Shown piece after piece: positions 50,017 through 50,031 of a DNA stretch of 50,031 nucleotides. The position numbers were made by a program, and so were the translations under genes. The stretch comes from an uncultured Gammaproteobacteria bacterium. GTDB lineage: Bacteria > Patescibacteriota > Patescibacteriia > UBA2196. Under the pieces are notes generated by a model, which was not told where the DNA came from, made no database searches, and saw nothing but the letters and a program-made list of their open reading frames with translations. How positions within the stretch are numbered: position 1 is the stretch's first letter; each line of letters opens with the position of its first letter. The stretch lies in the NCBI GenBank assembly GCA_964522515.1, contig CAZFWC010000002.1:3865-53895 (forward strand), in the 5' to 3' direction.

Positions 50017-50031
50017 GTTTGACAAGTTTTT

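Overview
AT-rich bacterial chromosomal segment using the standard genetic code (TGA is a stop in gyrB and rplK). Gene content and style suggest Patescibacteria/CPR (inference). Core genes, mostly on the minus strand: ftsH, a PilB/GspE ATPase, dnaG, rpoD, pheS, mraY, pheT, gyrB, secE-nusG-rplK and rplA, plus murG on the plus strand. Also present: GT2 glycosyltransferases with an O-antigen ligase/polymerase-like gene, peptidoglycan enzymes, tRNA-Glu(CTC), tRNA-Asn(GTT), a type IIG restriction-modification gene, and several decayed toxin-antitoxin and RM modules. Two things stand out that the ORF track does not show. (1) A dense population of miniature (18-140 bp) palindromic elements. They nest inside each other, several have both empty and filled sites within this window, many have lengths divisible by 3, and they sit in frame inside murG, pheT, dnaG, rpoD, glycosyltransferases, an L,D-transpeptidase and a peptidase. 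(2) An unannotated 58-aa histone-fold gene resembling Bdellovibrio Bd0055 (34593-34769), with its own promoter and terminator. Other leads: a translin/TRAX homologue, a promoter- and terminator-bounded structured RNA upstream of dnaG, attC-like remnants, and small accessory genes with Shine-Dalgarno sites in an otherwise SD-less region. All calls come from reading the sequence by eye; no searches were run.
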